Positions 55,421 to 64,000 of a DNA stretch of 64,000 bases are shown one piece after another. The number at the start of each line of letters is the position of its first letter. Positions within the stretch are counted from its first letter, which is position 1. The notes beneath the pieces were generated by a model that had not been told where the DNA came from, searched no databases, and worked only from the letters and a program-made list of their open reading frames with translations. A program made the position numbers and the translations under genes. Origin of the DNA: Clostridia bacterium (lineage in GTDB: Bacteria > Bacillota > Clostridia > UBA1381); NCBI GenBank assembly GCA_045538755.1, contig JAZQEC010000002.1, forward strand, positions 117,740 through 181,739, read 5' to 3'.

Positions 55421-56833
55421 TTATACTGTTTCTACCTTTATAATATTGGTATTTCCTGATTTGCCTTCAGCTTTTCCGCCTGTCATAACAATACTGTCTC
55501 CTTCTTTTAATGAAAGAACCTCTTTCGCTTTTTGAAGAGCGTGATAGAACAGCACATCGGTTGAGTCAAATCTCTCGCTAAGCACAGGAGTCACTCCCCA
55601 GGAAAGTGAAAGCTTATACCATACCTTTTTATTTATTGCCATTCCGACTATATCAACAGGCGCTCTAAAGCGTGAAACCATTCGCACAGTCATTCCTGAA
55701 ATTGAGCTTACGACAATCGCTTTTGCTCCAATGTCTATTGCCATTCCGCATGTTGCGTGCGAAATTGCGTCAAGCTGATTTTTTATCTTAAAGTCAGCTC
55801 TATGAAAACGCTTTTTGTAATGGATGTGTTCTTCTGTTTCCTCTACAATTCTTGCCATTGTACGAACTGTTTCAACAGGGTATTTGCCCGCTGCGGATTC
55901 ACCAGAAAGCATTACAACGCTTGTTCCGTCATATACGGCATTTGCTACGTCTGAGATTTCCGCTCTTGTCGGACGTGGATTGTGAATCATAGATTCTAGC
56001 ATTTCGGTTGCGGTTATGACACGTTTTCCAAGCATTCTGCACTTGGTAATAAGATATTTCTGGATTGACGGAAGCTCGGCAAAAGGTACTTCAACACCAA
56101 GGTCGCCTCGGGCAATCATTATTCCGTCACATTCTTCGCATATCTCTTCTATATTGTCAATGCCCATACGGTTTTCGATTTTTGCGATAAGTCCGATATC
56201 TTTTCCGCCGCTTTCGTTAAGAAAGTCACGCATTGACTGAATGTCGGCACGGGTTGAAACAAAGGATGCTGCTACATAATCCACATCGTTTTTTATGCCG
56301 AACAATAGGTCATCTTTATCCTGACTGCTTAAAAATACCTGATTTAAAACCTTGTTCGGAAAGCTCATACTTTTTCGGTTTGAAATTTCGCCGCCAACAA
56401 GCACGGTACAAATGACATCTGTTTCGGTTTTTTCACGTACTTCGAATATTACAAGACCATTGTTTACCTGAACCTTGTCTCCAATCTGTAAATCGTTAAC
56501 AAGTCCTGAATAATTAACAGAAACTCGGGTTTGGTCGCCTTCGATATCCTCGGTGGTAAAGCTGAAAGTGTCGCCTTCGTTTACAATAACTTTCTCTGTT
56601 TTGAACGTTTTTATACGGTATTCAGGGCCCTTGGTGTCAAGCATAATAGCTATTGGAAGATTGAGTTTTTCACGAACTCTTTTTATCATATCAATTTTTT
56701 CCTGATGCTCAGCGTGGGTCCCGTGTGAAAAGTTGAGTCTTGCGACATTAAGGCCTGCCTTGCACATTTCAGTAAAAACCGCCTCATCACTGCTCGCAGG
56801 GCCTATGGTGCATATTATTTTTGTTTTTCTCAT
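55421..56833 (-). CDS. pyk: Pyruvate kinase
   Basis: MRKTKIICTIGPAS, MIARGDLGVE and other PK motifs; 470 aa. Confidence 0.9.
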   Translation of the reverse strand: MRKTKIICTIGPASSDEAVFTEMCKAGLNVARLNFSHGTHAEHQEKIDMIKRVREKLNLPIAIMLDTKGPEYRIKTFKTEKVIVNEGDTFSFTTEDIEGDQTRVSVNYSGLVNDLQIGDKVQVNNGLVIFEVREKTETDVICTVLVGGEISNRKSMSFPNKVLNQVFLSSQDKDDLLFGIKNDVDYVAASFVSTRADIQSMRDFLNESGGKDIGLIAKIENRMGIDNIEEICEECDGIMIARGDLGVEVPFAELPSIQKYLITKCRMLGKRVITATEMLESMIHNPRPTRAEISDVANAVYDGTSVVMLSGESAAGKYPVETVRTMARIVEETEEHIHYKKRFHRADFKIKNQLDAISHATCGMAIDIGAKAIVVSSISGMTVRMVSRFRAPVDIVGMAINKKVWYKLSLSWGVTPVLSERFDSTDVLFYHALQKAKEVLSLKEGDSIVMTGGKAEGKSGNTNIIKVETV

Positions 56834-57100
56834 ACACTGGTACCTTCTCTCAAAGTTTAATTATCATTACATTTTATTATACCATATTTTTGCATAAATG
56901 TAAATATGATATGCACAATTAACATAAAGAATCCGCATAGAAATTCACTGTAATTGTAAGAATTATTGAGTATTCTTTTATAATGCTAGCATAAATATAA
57001 TAATCATAACAAAGAACAGTATAGGTCTTTAAAGTTGCTTGACATTTATACAAATTAGCTGTATAATGAGGCAACAAATTATTAAAAGGAGTGCATAGAA

Positions 57101-57769
57101 GTGACTGAAGTTATAACACAGCAGGTTGTATTTTTTGTACGGCTGTTGATTGCGTGCATATGTGGCGGTATGATTGGCTATGAAAGAACTAACAGAGGAA
57201 AAGGAGCAGGAATCAGAACACATATTATTGTTGCACTTGCATCAGCACTTATGATGCTTGTTTCAAAATACGGATTTGGTGATATGGCCGCAGGCGGCGG
57301 AGACGGCTCACGTATTGCAGCGCAGGTAGTAAGCGGAGTTGGTTTTCTGGGTGCGGGTATGATATATTTTAACGGAAGGCATTCGGTTAAAGGACTTACT
57401 ACTGCAGCAGGAATTTGGGCAACGTCAGGTGTTGGGCTTGCTATCGGAGCGGGACTTTATCTGATGGGTATTTTGACATCGGTATTGATTGTTGCAATGC
57501 AGATTATTATGCACAAGAATTTCAAAATGCTGCAACTACCAAATGAAGAAACTTTAAATGCGGTACTTACGGATGAAAAGGAATCGCTTGAATATCTGCA
57601 CTATATACTTGCGCAGTATGAAATTGTTATTACAAAGTTCAGCTTTACAAGAAGAGACAACTATGAGGTAGAAGTTGAAATGCAAGTTAATGTGCCGCCT
57701 GCTACCAATTATAATGAGTTAATTGAAACATTCCAGCAAAGCAAGTACTTTAAAGCCATAAGCATCTAA
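57101..57769 (+). CDS. MgtC/SapB-family membrane protein
   Basis: RLLIACICGGMIGYERTNRGKGAGIRTH signature. Confidence 0.8.
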   Translation: MTEVITQQVVFFVRLLIACICGGMIGYERTNRGKGAGIRTHIIVALASALMMLVSKYGFGDMAAGGGDGSRIAAQVVSGVGFLGAGMIYFNGRHSVKGLTTAAGIWATSGVGLAIGAGLYLMGILTSVLIVAMQIIMHKNFKMLQLPNEETLNAVLTDEKESLEYLHYILAQYEIVITKFSFTRRDNYEVEVEMQVNVPPATNYNELIETFQQSKYFKAISI

Positions 57770-57827
57770 AGAGTACAATGATTTAGAATAAAAGCAAAGA
57801 GCATATCATATGATATGCTCTTTGCTT

Positions 57828-59375
57828 TTATTCGTCGCTTAAAGATACTTTTGCTGATACAAGGACTTTCTCTTCATAACAAGTGAAGCAAGAGTCTACA
57901 AGTTGTTTATCAGGTGCTTTTGTAAACGCACTGACAATCGGAACGATTATAAATCCTGCCAGCATTGCGATAACCCCGCAGTTAATAGGTGACTGTAAAA
58001 GTGTCGGGAAAGAAGGCCTTATAAGCATATTCAAAATCATAATTCCTGAACCAAAGATGAAGTTTGCCCATACAGCCGCTTTAGTTGCACGTTTCCAGTA
58101 AAGTCCAAACATAAACGGAGCAAGGAACGCACCTGCCAAAGCTCCCCATGAAATACCCATCATATCTGCGATGGCGCTAAGCTTATCTTTATTAAGTGCT
58201 ATAAATGCTGAAATTGCAATAAATAAAACTATCAGCACTCTCATAATAAGAACCTGCTTCTTTTCTGTCATATTTTTAATAACATTGTCCTTCAAAAGGT
58301 CAAGTGTGAGGGTTGAGCTTGACGCAAGAACAAGTGATGAAAGTGTGGACATCGAAGCTGAAAGCACTAAAATTATAACTATTGCGATAAGTACATCAGG
58401 AAGATTAGAAAGCATCGTTGGAATGATTGCGTCAAATCCGCCTTCAATAGCACCGTTTGGAAGGAATGTAAGCTTGTCGGTAAAGAGCCTTCCGAAGCCA
58501 CCGAGGAAATAACATCCGCCCGCAACGATTACTGCAAATATCGTTGAAATGATTGTGCCTTTATTGATGTCTTTTTCGCTCTTTATGGCATAGAACTTTT
58601 GCACCATCTGCGGAAGTCCCCAAGTACCTAAGGATGTGAGGATAACTACAAACGCAAGCCCTAACGGGTCAGGTCCAAAGAAAGAGTTGAACGCACCAGG
58701 CGCTGCACCTTCCATTTCAACTGCAGCAAGACCGTTTAATGAGCCCACAAACCCGCCGTTTTGTGAAAGCACTGCCGCAATAACTGCAACAATACCGATT
58801 ATCATAATTATGCCCTGTATAAAGTCGTTAATGGCTGTTGCCATATACCCGCCGGCAATAACGTAAATTCCTGTTAAAACTGCCATTATTACAACGCATA
58901 CAGAGTAGCTTACACCAGGAAATGCCATTTCAAAAAGACGTGAAAGCCCGTTGTAAAGTGAAGCTGTGTAAGGAATAAGGAACACAAACACTAAAGCAGA
59001 AGCTGCAATTTTTAGAGACGGAGCTGAAAATCTTTTTCCAAAGAACTCCGGCATTGTAGCACTGTTTAAATGGTGTGACATAAGGCGTGTGCGTCTTCCA
59101 AGAACCAGCCAGGCAAGAAGTGAGCCGATAACTGCGTTTCCTATGCCTATCCAGGTAGAAGCAATGCCGAACTTCCAGCCGAACTGACCTGCGTAGCCTA
59201 CAAAAATTACGGCAGAAAAGTATGATGTTCCGTAAGCAAATGCCGTTAGCCAAGGACCGACCGAGCGACCACCTAAAACAAAGCCGTTTACATCTGTGGA
59301 GTTCTTACGGCAGTAGATGCCGACACCAACCATTACACCAAAAAATACAACCAACATAATAAGTTTGAGAATCAT
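57828..59375 (-). CDS. Sodium:solute symporter (SSS) family transporter
   Basis: 515 aa with about 13 TM helices and an SSS-like GGRS/GPW N-terminal region. Confidence 0.75.
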   Translation of the reverse strand: MILKLIMLVVFFGVMVGVGIYCRKNSTDVNGFVLGGRSVGPWLTAFAYGTSYFSAVIFVGYAGQFGWKFGIASTWIGIGNAVIGSLLAWLVLGRRTRLMSHHLNSATMPEFFGKRFSAPSLKIAASALVFVFLIPYTASLYNGLSRLFEMAFPGVSYSVCVVIMAVLTGIYVIAGGYMATAINDFIQGIIMIIGIVAVIAAVLSQNGGFVGSLNGLAAVEMEGAAPGAFNSFFGPDPLGLAFVVILTSLGTWGLPQMVQKFYAIKSEKDINKGTIISTIFAVIVAGGCYFLGGFGRLFTDKLTFLPNGAIEGGFDAIIPTMLSNLPDVLIAIVIILVLSASMSTLSSLVLASSSTLTLDLLKDNVIKNMTEKKQVLIMRVLIVLFIAISAFIALNKDKLSAIADMMGISWGALAGAFLAPFMFGLYWKRATKAAVWANFIFGSGIMILNMLIRPSFPTLLQSPINCGVIAMLAGFIIVPIVSAFTKAPDKQLVDSCFTCYEEKVLVSAKVSLSDE

Positions 59376-59414
59376 AATAAATACCTCCTAAAAAGTTATT
59401 TTTTCTGGAGAACA

Positions 59415-59700
59415 AAATAAAAAAATCCCGTCCTCACCTTATAAGCTGAGGACGAGATGTTATAATCCCGTGTTACCACCTCATTTTACCGCTACTTCAC
59501 AGCATCGGCCTCATTGGGTACTCGAATAAACGGTGATACCCTTACGCTTTAACGGGCGAACCCGTCGCAGCCTACTTAGATTAAAAATCTGTTTGGTGCG
59601 AAGCTCCGAGAATGTATTCACAGATACCGCCGCCACTGCCTTGCACCAACCGACAGCTCTCTTTGGTCAGCTGTATATCGCTACTTGTTTCTCATCATTG
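59415..59700 (-). promoter_or_regulatory. T-box leader (tRNA-sensing riboswitch), probable Tyr (UAC) specifier
   Basis: Minus strand shows AGTA and GAA-TAC-A specifier-loop elements, an AGAGAG box, a GGTGCAA distal loop, the T-box sequence AATGAGGTGGTAACACGGG, and the terminator TCGTCCTCAGC...GTGAGGACGGGATTTTTTT. Confidence 0.75.
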
Positions 59701-59730
59701 CCTTTATTATGTATGGTTTTGTTGTTTTAC

Positions 59731-59759
59731 ATTTTAGCACCGTTTTTTTTATTTGTCAA
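59731..59759 (-). promoter_or_regulatory. Sigma-A promoter of the T-box leader
   Basis: Minus strand TTGACA, a 17-nt spacer, then TAAAAT. Confidence 0.6.
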
Positions 59760-59912
59760 CAGTTTTTTGGAAAAATTTCGTTTTTTAAACATTATGTAGT
59801 ACAGAACGCAATATAGACGGTATATTGACATTAAATTTAAAATATGCTACAATTAATTTGATGATTTATATGAAGATAAAGAGCCTGAACGAGGCTTTTT
59901 TGGAGGAAAAAA

Positions 59913-60365
59913 GTGAAAGATACCATCAAAAAATTTGTATCTGTTTTTTTTGATAAAACCTTTTTAAAATTTATTTTTATAGGCATAATCAATACCGTAG
60001 TTGGCACAACTATAATGTTTGTTTTTTATAACATATTTAATTTTTCCTACTGGATATCGACTGCCTCTAACTACTTTCTTACAAGTATATTGAGCTTCTT
60101 TTTGAATAAGTACTTTACTTTTTCAAATCAAAAATCGTCTTTTATGCAGGTTGTAAGATTTGCAATTAATATATCTGTGTGCTACTTCCTTGCATACGGA
60201 ATTGCAAAACAGCTTGCACTTTATATTTTTGAGTTTGCAGGCGAAAAACTGCAAAATAATATTGCGATGATTATAGGTATGGGTCTATTTACCATTTTAA
60301 ACTATATAGGACAGAGATTTTTCTGCTTTAAAGATACACCAAAAGGAGAAAAAAGTGATGAATAA
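59913..60365 (+). CDS. GtrA-family membrane protein
   Basis: 150 aa with four TM helices; FLKFIFIGIINTVVGTTIMFVFYN start is typical of GtrA-like proteins. Confidence 0.7.
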   Translation: MKDTIKKFVSVFFDKTFLKFIFIGIINTVVGTTIMFVFYNIFNFSYWISTASNYFLTSILSFFLNKYFTFSNQKSSFMQVVRFAINISVCYFLAYGIAKQLALYIFEFAGEKLQNNIAMIIGMGLFTILNYIGQRFFCFKDTPKGEKSDE

Positions 60366-61998
60366 ACTGTTTGATAAATTTAAGCTTAATTCAAAAAATT
60401 ACTATTTGTACACAGGACTTTTTATATTCATTTTTTTGTGCTTGAGGTATGTCTGTTGCGGCTTTGAGTATTATCATCAGCTTGATGACTATATTCAGTA
60501 TTACAACTATGCAAGTTCCTCTGACTACATACAGCTAATTTTGCAGCAGGGACTTTTAAATTCGCGGCCTCTTGCAGGTATAACCGACCTTTATGTGTGG
60601 GCTAAATTTTTTGACTGTATGATTGTTGCCGTCTTTATCATCTCGGCAATGTATGCAGCTTCTGCAGTACTGTTTTTGAAAGTGTTAAAAAAACACTTTA
60701 ACCTGAGCATAATGTTTACTGTTTTTTACGCACTTATGCCGTTTTTCTATGAAGGTGCATATTGGGTTTCTGCATCGTCAAGAATTGTAGTCGGCCTTTT
60801 CTTTGTTGCATTGGCGGCGTATCAGCTTGAGCAATTTATGAAAGCAAAAAAGGCTGTTAATGTTATTGCTTTCGCTTTTTTCCAGTTACTTGCGTTCTGC
60901 TTTTATGAACAGATTCTTATTTTGTCGGCTGTACTTACATTTTTACAGACGTTGCTCAATTTTAAGGAAAACAAAAAGGGTCTTTTGCTTAATTTGATTA
61001 CGATTTTAAACGGAATTATTTATTTTTCAGTAACTACATATTCAAAAAGGTTCGGAACTTCAGCACTTGGAAACCGTATGAAAATAGTCTGGCCGGAAAG
61101 GGGACCGTATTATATCGAGTACTTAAAAAATGTGGCGGAACAGGTTAAAACTGCCTTTGTTACAGCACCTATGGCTATATGCACAAATGGTTTTGTAAAA
61201 GGACTTGACATAATTTTAAAGGGCGGCTGGTGGATGCTGATTCCTATTATAGTTATATTTGTGAGGCTCTATAAAAACGGCGGCCAAGCAGAAAACAAAA
61301 ACAGGAAAACAATAGCAGCAATTTTCTGCAGCCTGTGCTTAATAATTGCTCCTATATCAATATTCTTTGCTCTTGAAAACAGCTATTTCAGTATGCGAAA
61401 TATTCTTCCGTCTTTTGTCGGAGCAGCGATTTTGCTTGATTTAATTTTTGTGGCTGTTGCTAAAAGAAGTATTATTGTAAAATATGCCCTGCCTGTAATC
61501 TTGGTTGCGGGATTCTTTGTATCGTCGCTTGGTGAAACATATGACTATAAGAGAATTAATGAGTTTGACCATAAAATCGGACAGGAAATTGCTCTTATTC
61601 AAAAGCCGGGCAGCACTAACGGAAAAACGGCATTTTTGATTAAAGCTGAAGATAAGCCGCAATCCACTTATAAATTCCATGAGCATGGCATAGGTGTTAT
61701 AGAAAGTAACTGGGCACTTCATGGCTTGTTGGTGTACTTAATTAACGGAGAGCCTGCGGGTGACACTGTACCGATTGAAATTAATAATGACATATATCAC
61801 GAAAGATGGGAACAGTCCCTTAAAACGATGAGCAGCTTTGATACCGTATATCTTTGGGATGCAAAAAATGAAAAATTTGAAAAGCTTAAAAAGAAAAATA
61901 TTTCTGAAGGGGCTTGCGAGTTGGCTTTTGAAAGCGGTGAGCTATTTGCAACAACGGAAGAAATTGATGGTATTGGATATGTATATTTAAACAAGTAA
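60355..61998 (+). CDS. Polytopic membrane protein, possible GT-C-type glycosyltransferase
   Basis: 547 aa with at least ten TM helices followed by a soluble C-terminal domain; translationally coupled to the GtrA gene. No catalytic motif verified. Confidence 0.4.
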   Translation: MMNKLFDKFKLNSKNYYLYTGLFIFIFLCLRYVCCGFEYYHQLDDYIQYYNYASSSDYIQLILQQGLLNSRPLAGITDLYVWAKFFDCMIVAVFIISAMYAASAVLFLKVLKKHFNLSIMFTVFYALMPFFYEGAYWVSASSRIVVGLFFVALAAYQLEQFMKAKKAVNVIAFAFFQLLAFCFYEQILILSAVLTFLQTLLNFKENKKGLLLNLITILNGIIYFSVTTYSKRFGTSALGNRMKIVWPERGPYYIEYLKNVAEQVKTAFVTAPMAICTNGFVKGLDIILKGGWWMLIPIIVIFVRLYKNGGQAENKNRKTIAAIFCSLCLIIAPISIFFALENSYFSMRNILPSFVGAAILLDLIFVAVAKRSIIVKYALPVILVAGFFVSSLGETYDYKRINEFDHKIGQEIALIQKPGSTNGKTAFLIKAEDKPQSTYKFHEHGIGVIESNWALHGLLVYLINGEPAGDTVPIEINNDIYHERWEQSLKTMSSFDTVYLWDAKNEKFEKLKKKNISEGACELAFESGELFATTEEIDGIGYVYLNK

Positions 61999-62004
61999 AG
62001 GAGA

Positions 62005-63897
62005 ATGGTTATGAAAAAAATATTATCAGCTGTACTTGCTCTTATTATGATGCATTTTTCAGTAAATGTATATGCGACATCTTTTGATGAAGCGCAAAAC
62101 AATATTTGGAAAGCATATATTGCAGCTTTTGATTATGAAAAGGCAGGTGACTATGATCTGGCTCTTAATGAGTATAACAGATTTATAAATTATGCAACGT
62201 ATCTTCAGGAAAATGCCGGACAAAGCCATTGGGAAAATATAAAAGGACTGGGTGCGATTGCAAATCATCTTAGTATGAAGCCAGAGCTCTATGTTGAGTC
62301 GACAAACCCTGCTGATGCAAAATACTTTGGTGCAAAATACGAACCGCAGTTTGGCGCATTTTACGGAAAATGTGATACATTCGACAAGGAAAATGAAACT
62401 GCATTTCTTCTTTATGTAAGATTTGGAACAGAAACAATCGGTGGATTTTCCTATATGATTCCTGAGAATGAAGATATTTATCTTGAAATTGCGTGGAATA
62501 CACCAAATCAAAATAAGGCGGAGCTTGACCTTATAAACAGCGGTGCGATGGACGAGTATATAGTTTCAAACCTGCAATATGTATCAACATTAAAACAGAA
62601 GGTGCTTTTGAGATTCGGCGCAGAGGTAAACTGCTGGATGCTTCCATCAGACGAAACAGAACTCGCTGCATTTATAGAAAGTTATAAAGCCGCTTTCAGA
62701 CGTATTGCAGACTTTGCAAGGCAGTATGCTCCAAATGCGGCTATGGTTTATTCGCCAAATGATATCTCTAACTGGTATGTAACTGCAGAGGACTTTTATC
62801 CTGGAGACGAATATGTTGACTGGGTAGGTTTGTCTATGTATTCAAATCTTAACGACAGTGCAAAATTTGAAAGGGCAAACACGTACGATGCGTACTACTG
62901 TCTTGGATATTATGATAACCCGATTGTAAAAATTAAAAATATCGTAGATGCTTTCGGTGACAGAAAGCCTATACTTATAAGCGAATGCGGATTTGCTTAC
63001 GGCGGTGACGGTCTGCAGACCGAGGCTCATGCAATAAAGCAACTTAAAAACTTCTATTCGTATGTTACAATGGTATATCCGCAGGTTAAGGGTGTTATGT
63101 TCTTTAATGCGAACTTCGAAAAGCAGTTCAGTCTGGAACATTCACCAAACCTTATGGCAGCCTACAAGGAAACAACAAAATCCAACATAAGTTTTAATGC
63201 GTTAAGGACAGGTAATAAAAAGGGATATACAAGATTCTCAACCTTAAATGAAAGAATTACAACTTTAAACCTCCACTTATATGCTCAATTCCCTTCAGAA
63301 AACGAAACAAGTGTCGGATATGCACTTGACGGCACGGGTATTCCGCATAAAGGAACATATCCGTACTCGGCTTATATAGATGTTTCACAGCTTTCGATTG
63401 GCAGACACGTTCTTAATGTTGCTGTTTCAAACGGTACGTACTATACTTCAAAAGAATATGTATTCTATGTAGGTCCTGATAATTATGTCGGTCAGACAGA
63501 GGCAGCGCTTAGTCAGCCGGCAAATGATAAAATTACGGTTGCACTTAACGGACTACCGATAGAATTTCCTCAAGATCCGATAATTTATGAAGGAAGAACA
63601 CTTGTTCCGCTTCGTAAAATTTTCGAAAGCTTAGGTGCTAAGGTTGATTGGATTGCCGAAACAAAAACTATTGTTTCTAAAAAAGGAAATAAGCAAATCA
63701 CTATGCAGATTGATAATAACCAAATGCAAATTGACGATGATGTGACTGATGGAGTCAGCCCAAGAACGGAAATACTTGATGTTCCGGCAATGCTTATAAA
63801 CGGAAATACTCTTGTACCTGTACGTGCAATAAGCAACGGCTATGACTGTGGCGTCGGCTGGAATGGCGATACAAGGACAGTTATAATAACTCAATAA
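62005..63897 (+). CDS. Secreted glycoside-hydrolase-like protein (GH26-like TIM barrel) with C-terminal copper-amine-oxidase-N-like domain
   Basis: Signal peptide. RFGAEVNCW and ILISECGFAY segments resemble the GH26 acid/base and nucleophile regions. C-terminal LVPLRKIFESLGAKVDW...LVPVRAISNGY repeats. Confidence 0.5.
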   Translation: MVMKKILSAVLALIMMHFSVNVYATSFDEAQNNIWKAYIAAFDYEKAGDYDLALNEYNRFINYATYLQENAGQSHWENIKGLGAIANHLSMKPELYVESTNPADAKYFGAKYEPQFGAFYGKCDTFDKENETAFLLYVRFGTETIGGFSYMIPENEDIYLEIAWNTPNQNKAELDLINSGAMDEYIVSNLQYVSTLKQKVLLRFGAEVNCWMLPSDETELAAFIESYKAAFRRIADFARQYAPNAAMVYSPNDISNWYVTAEDFYPGDEYVDWVGLSMYSNLNDSAKFERANTYDAYYCLGYYDNPIVKIKNIVDAFGDRKPILISECGFAYGGDGLQTEAHAIKQLKNFYSYVTMVYPQVKGVMFFNANFEKQFSLEHSPNLMAAYKETTKSNISFNALRTGNKKGYTRFSTLNERITTLNLHLYAQFPSENETSVGYALDGTGIPHKGTYPYSAYIDVSQLSIGRHVLNVAVSNGTYYTSKEYVFYVGPDNYVGQTEAALSQPANDKITVALNGLPIEFPQDPIIYEGRTLVPLRKIFESLGAKVDWIAETKTIVSKKGNKQITMQIDNNQMQIDDDVTDGVSPRTEILDVPAMLINGNTLVPVRAISNGYDCGVGWNGDTRTVIITQ

Positions 63898-63946
63898 ATG
63901 ATTAAACGACTGCGATAAAATACATTTTTTGCGGTCGTTATACAAT

Positions 63947-63976
63947 AAAACGCACCCTCAAATCAGGGTGCGTTTT
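63947..63976 (+). terminator. Rho-independent terminator
   Basis: aaaacgcaccc / gggtgcgtttt. Confidence 0.6.
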
Positions 63977-64000
63977 GGCTATTATTTGGTTACATATTTG

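Noticed and set aside
56834-57100. M-box (magnesium) riboswitch upstream of the MgtC-family gene
   Set aside because: The leader is short and AT-rich. It has no visible GC-paired helices and no terminator/antiterminator arrangement.
1-64000. CRISPR arrays, rRNA genes, IS elements and transposases
   Set aside because: No regularly spaced direct repeats, no rRNA-like sequence and no DDE/transposase-like ORF were seen. The only recombinases are the tyrosine recombinase at 12903-13748 and the decayed serine recombinase.

Overview
Low-GC, Clostridia-type chromosome segment in three parts. All protein calls come from reading motifs in the supplied translations; no searches were run.
(1) 1 to about 6.9 kb: right arm of a siphovirus-like prophage, with tape measure, tail genes, holin and a CHAP endolysin.
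(2) 7294-29612: a 22.3-kb integrated mobilizable island that splits a chromosomal tRNA-Leu gene in its anticodon loop.
- The two orphan tRNA halves lie at 7243-7293 and 29613-29648, and the junctions share only the dinucleotide AA.
- Joining the island ends gives a palindromic attP-like site.
- The island carries its own intact tRNA-Leu(UAG) and the decayed remnant of a large serine recombinase.
- Other cargo: a relaxase module, a Bro-N plus HEPN (ApeA-like) pair, a tyrosine recombinase next to an apparent invertible promoter switch, a SLOG/DUF1273 gene and an XRE/ImmA pair.
- The most interesting cargo is a tightly packed operon (15983-26283) encoding a membrane-anchored ubiquitin-like conjugation system.
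- That operon has a Ubl made as a zinc-ribbon/TM-tethered precursor, a ThiF-type E1, a UBC-type E2 (HPN...Cys) fused to glycine-zipper TM helices and an FHA domain, and a Prok-RING-like C4HC3 finger protein.
- It also has two TM-anchored JAB/MPN peptidases (one with LysM), an extracytoplasmic trypsin-like protease and three further zinc-ribbon/TM proteins.
- It lacks a CD-NTase, so it is not CBASS, and its architecture differs from the soluble four-gene Bil layout.
(3) 29.7-64 kb: ordinary core genome.
- Genes: DMT transporter, argCJBDF, an FtsW/RodA/SpoVE-family gene, carD-ispD-ispF, spoIIIAA-AH, Asp23, ctsR-mcsA-mcsB-clpC with a textbook CtsR operator, rlmD, TraX, flavodoxin, a PurF-like paralog lacking Cys1, pyk and mgtC.
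- Also a T-box-controlled sodium:solute symporter and a GtrA / GT-C-like / GH26-like envelope cluster.
No rRNA, CRISPR array or transposase was seen.
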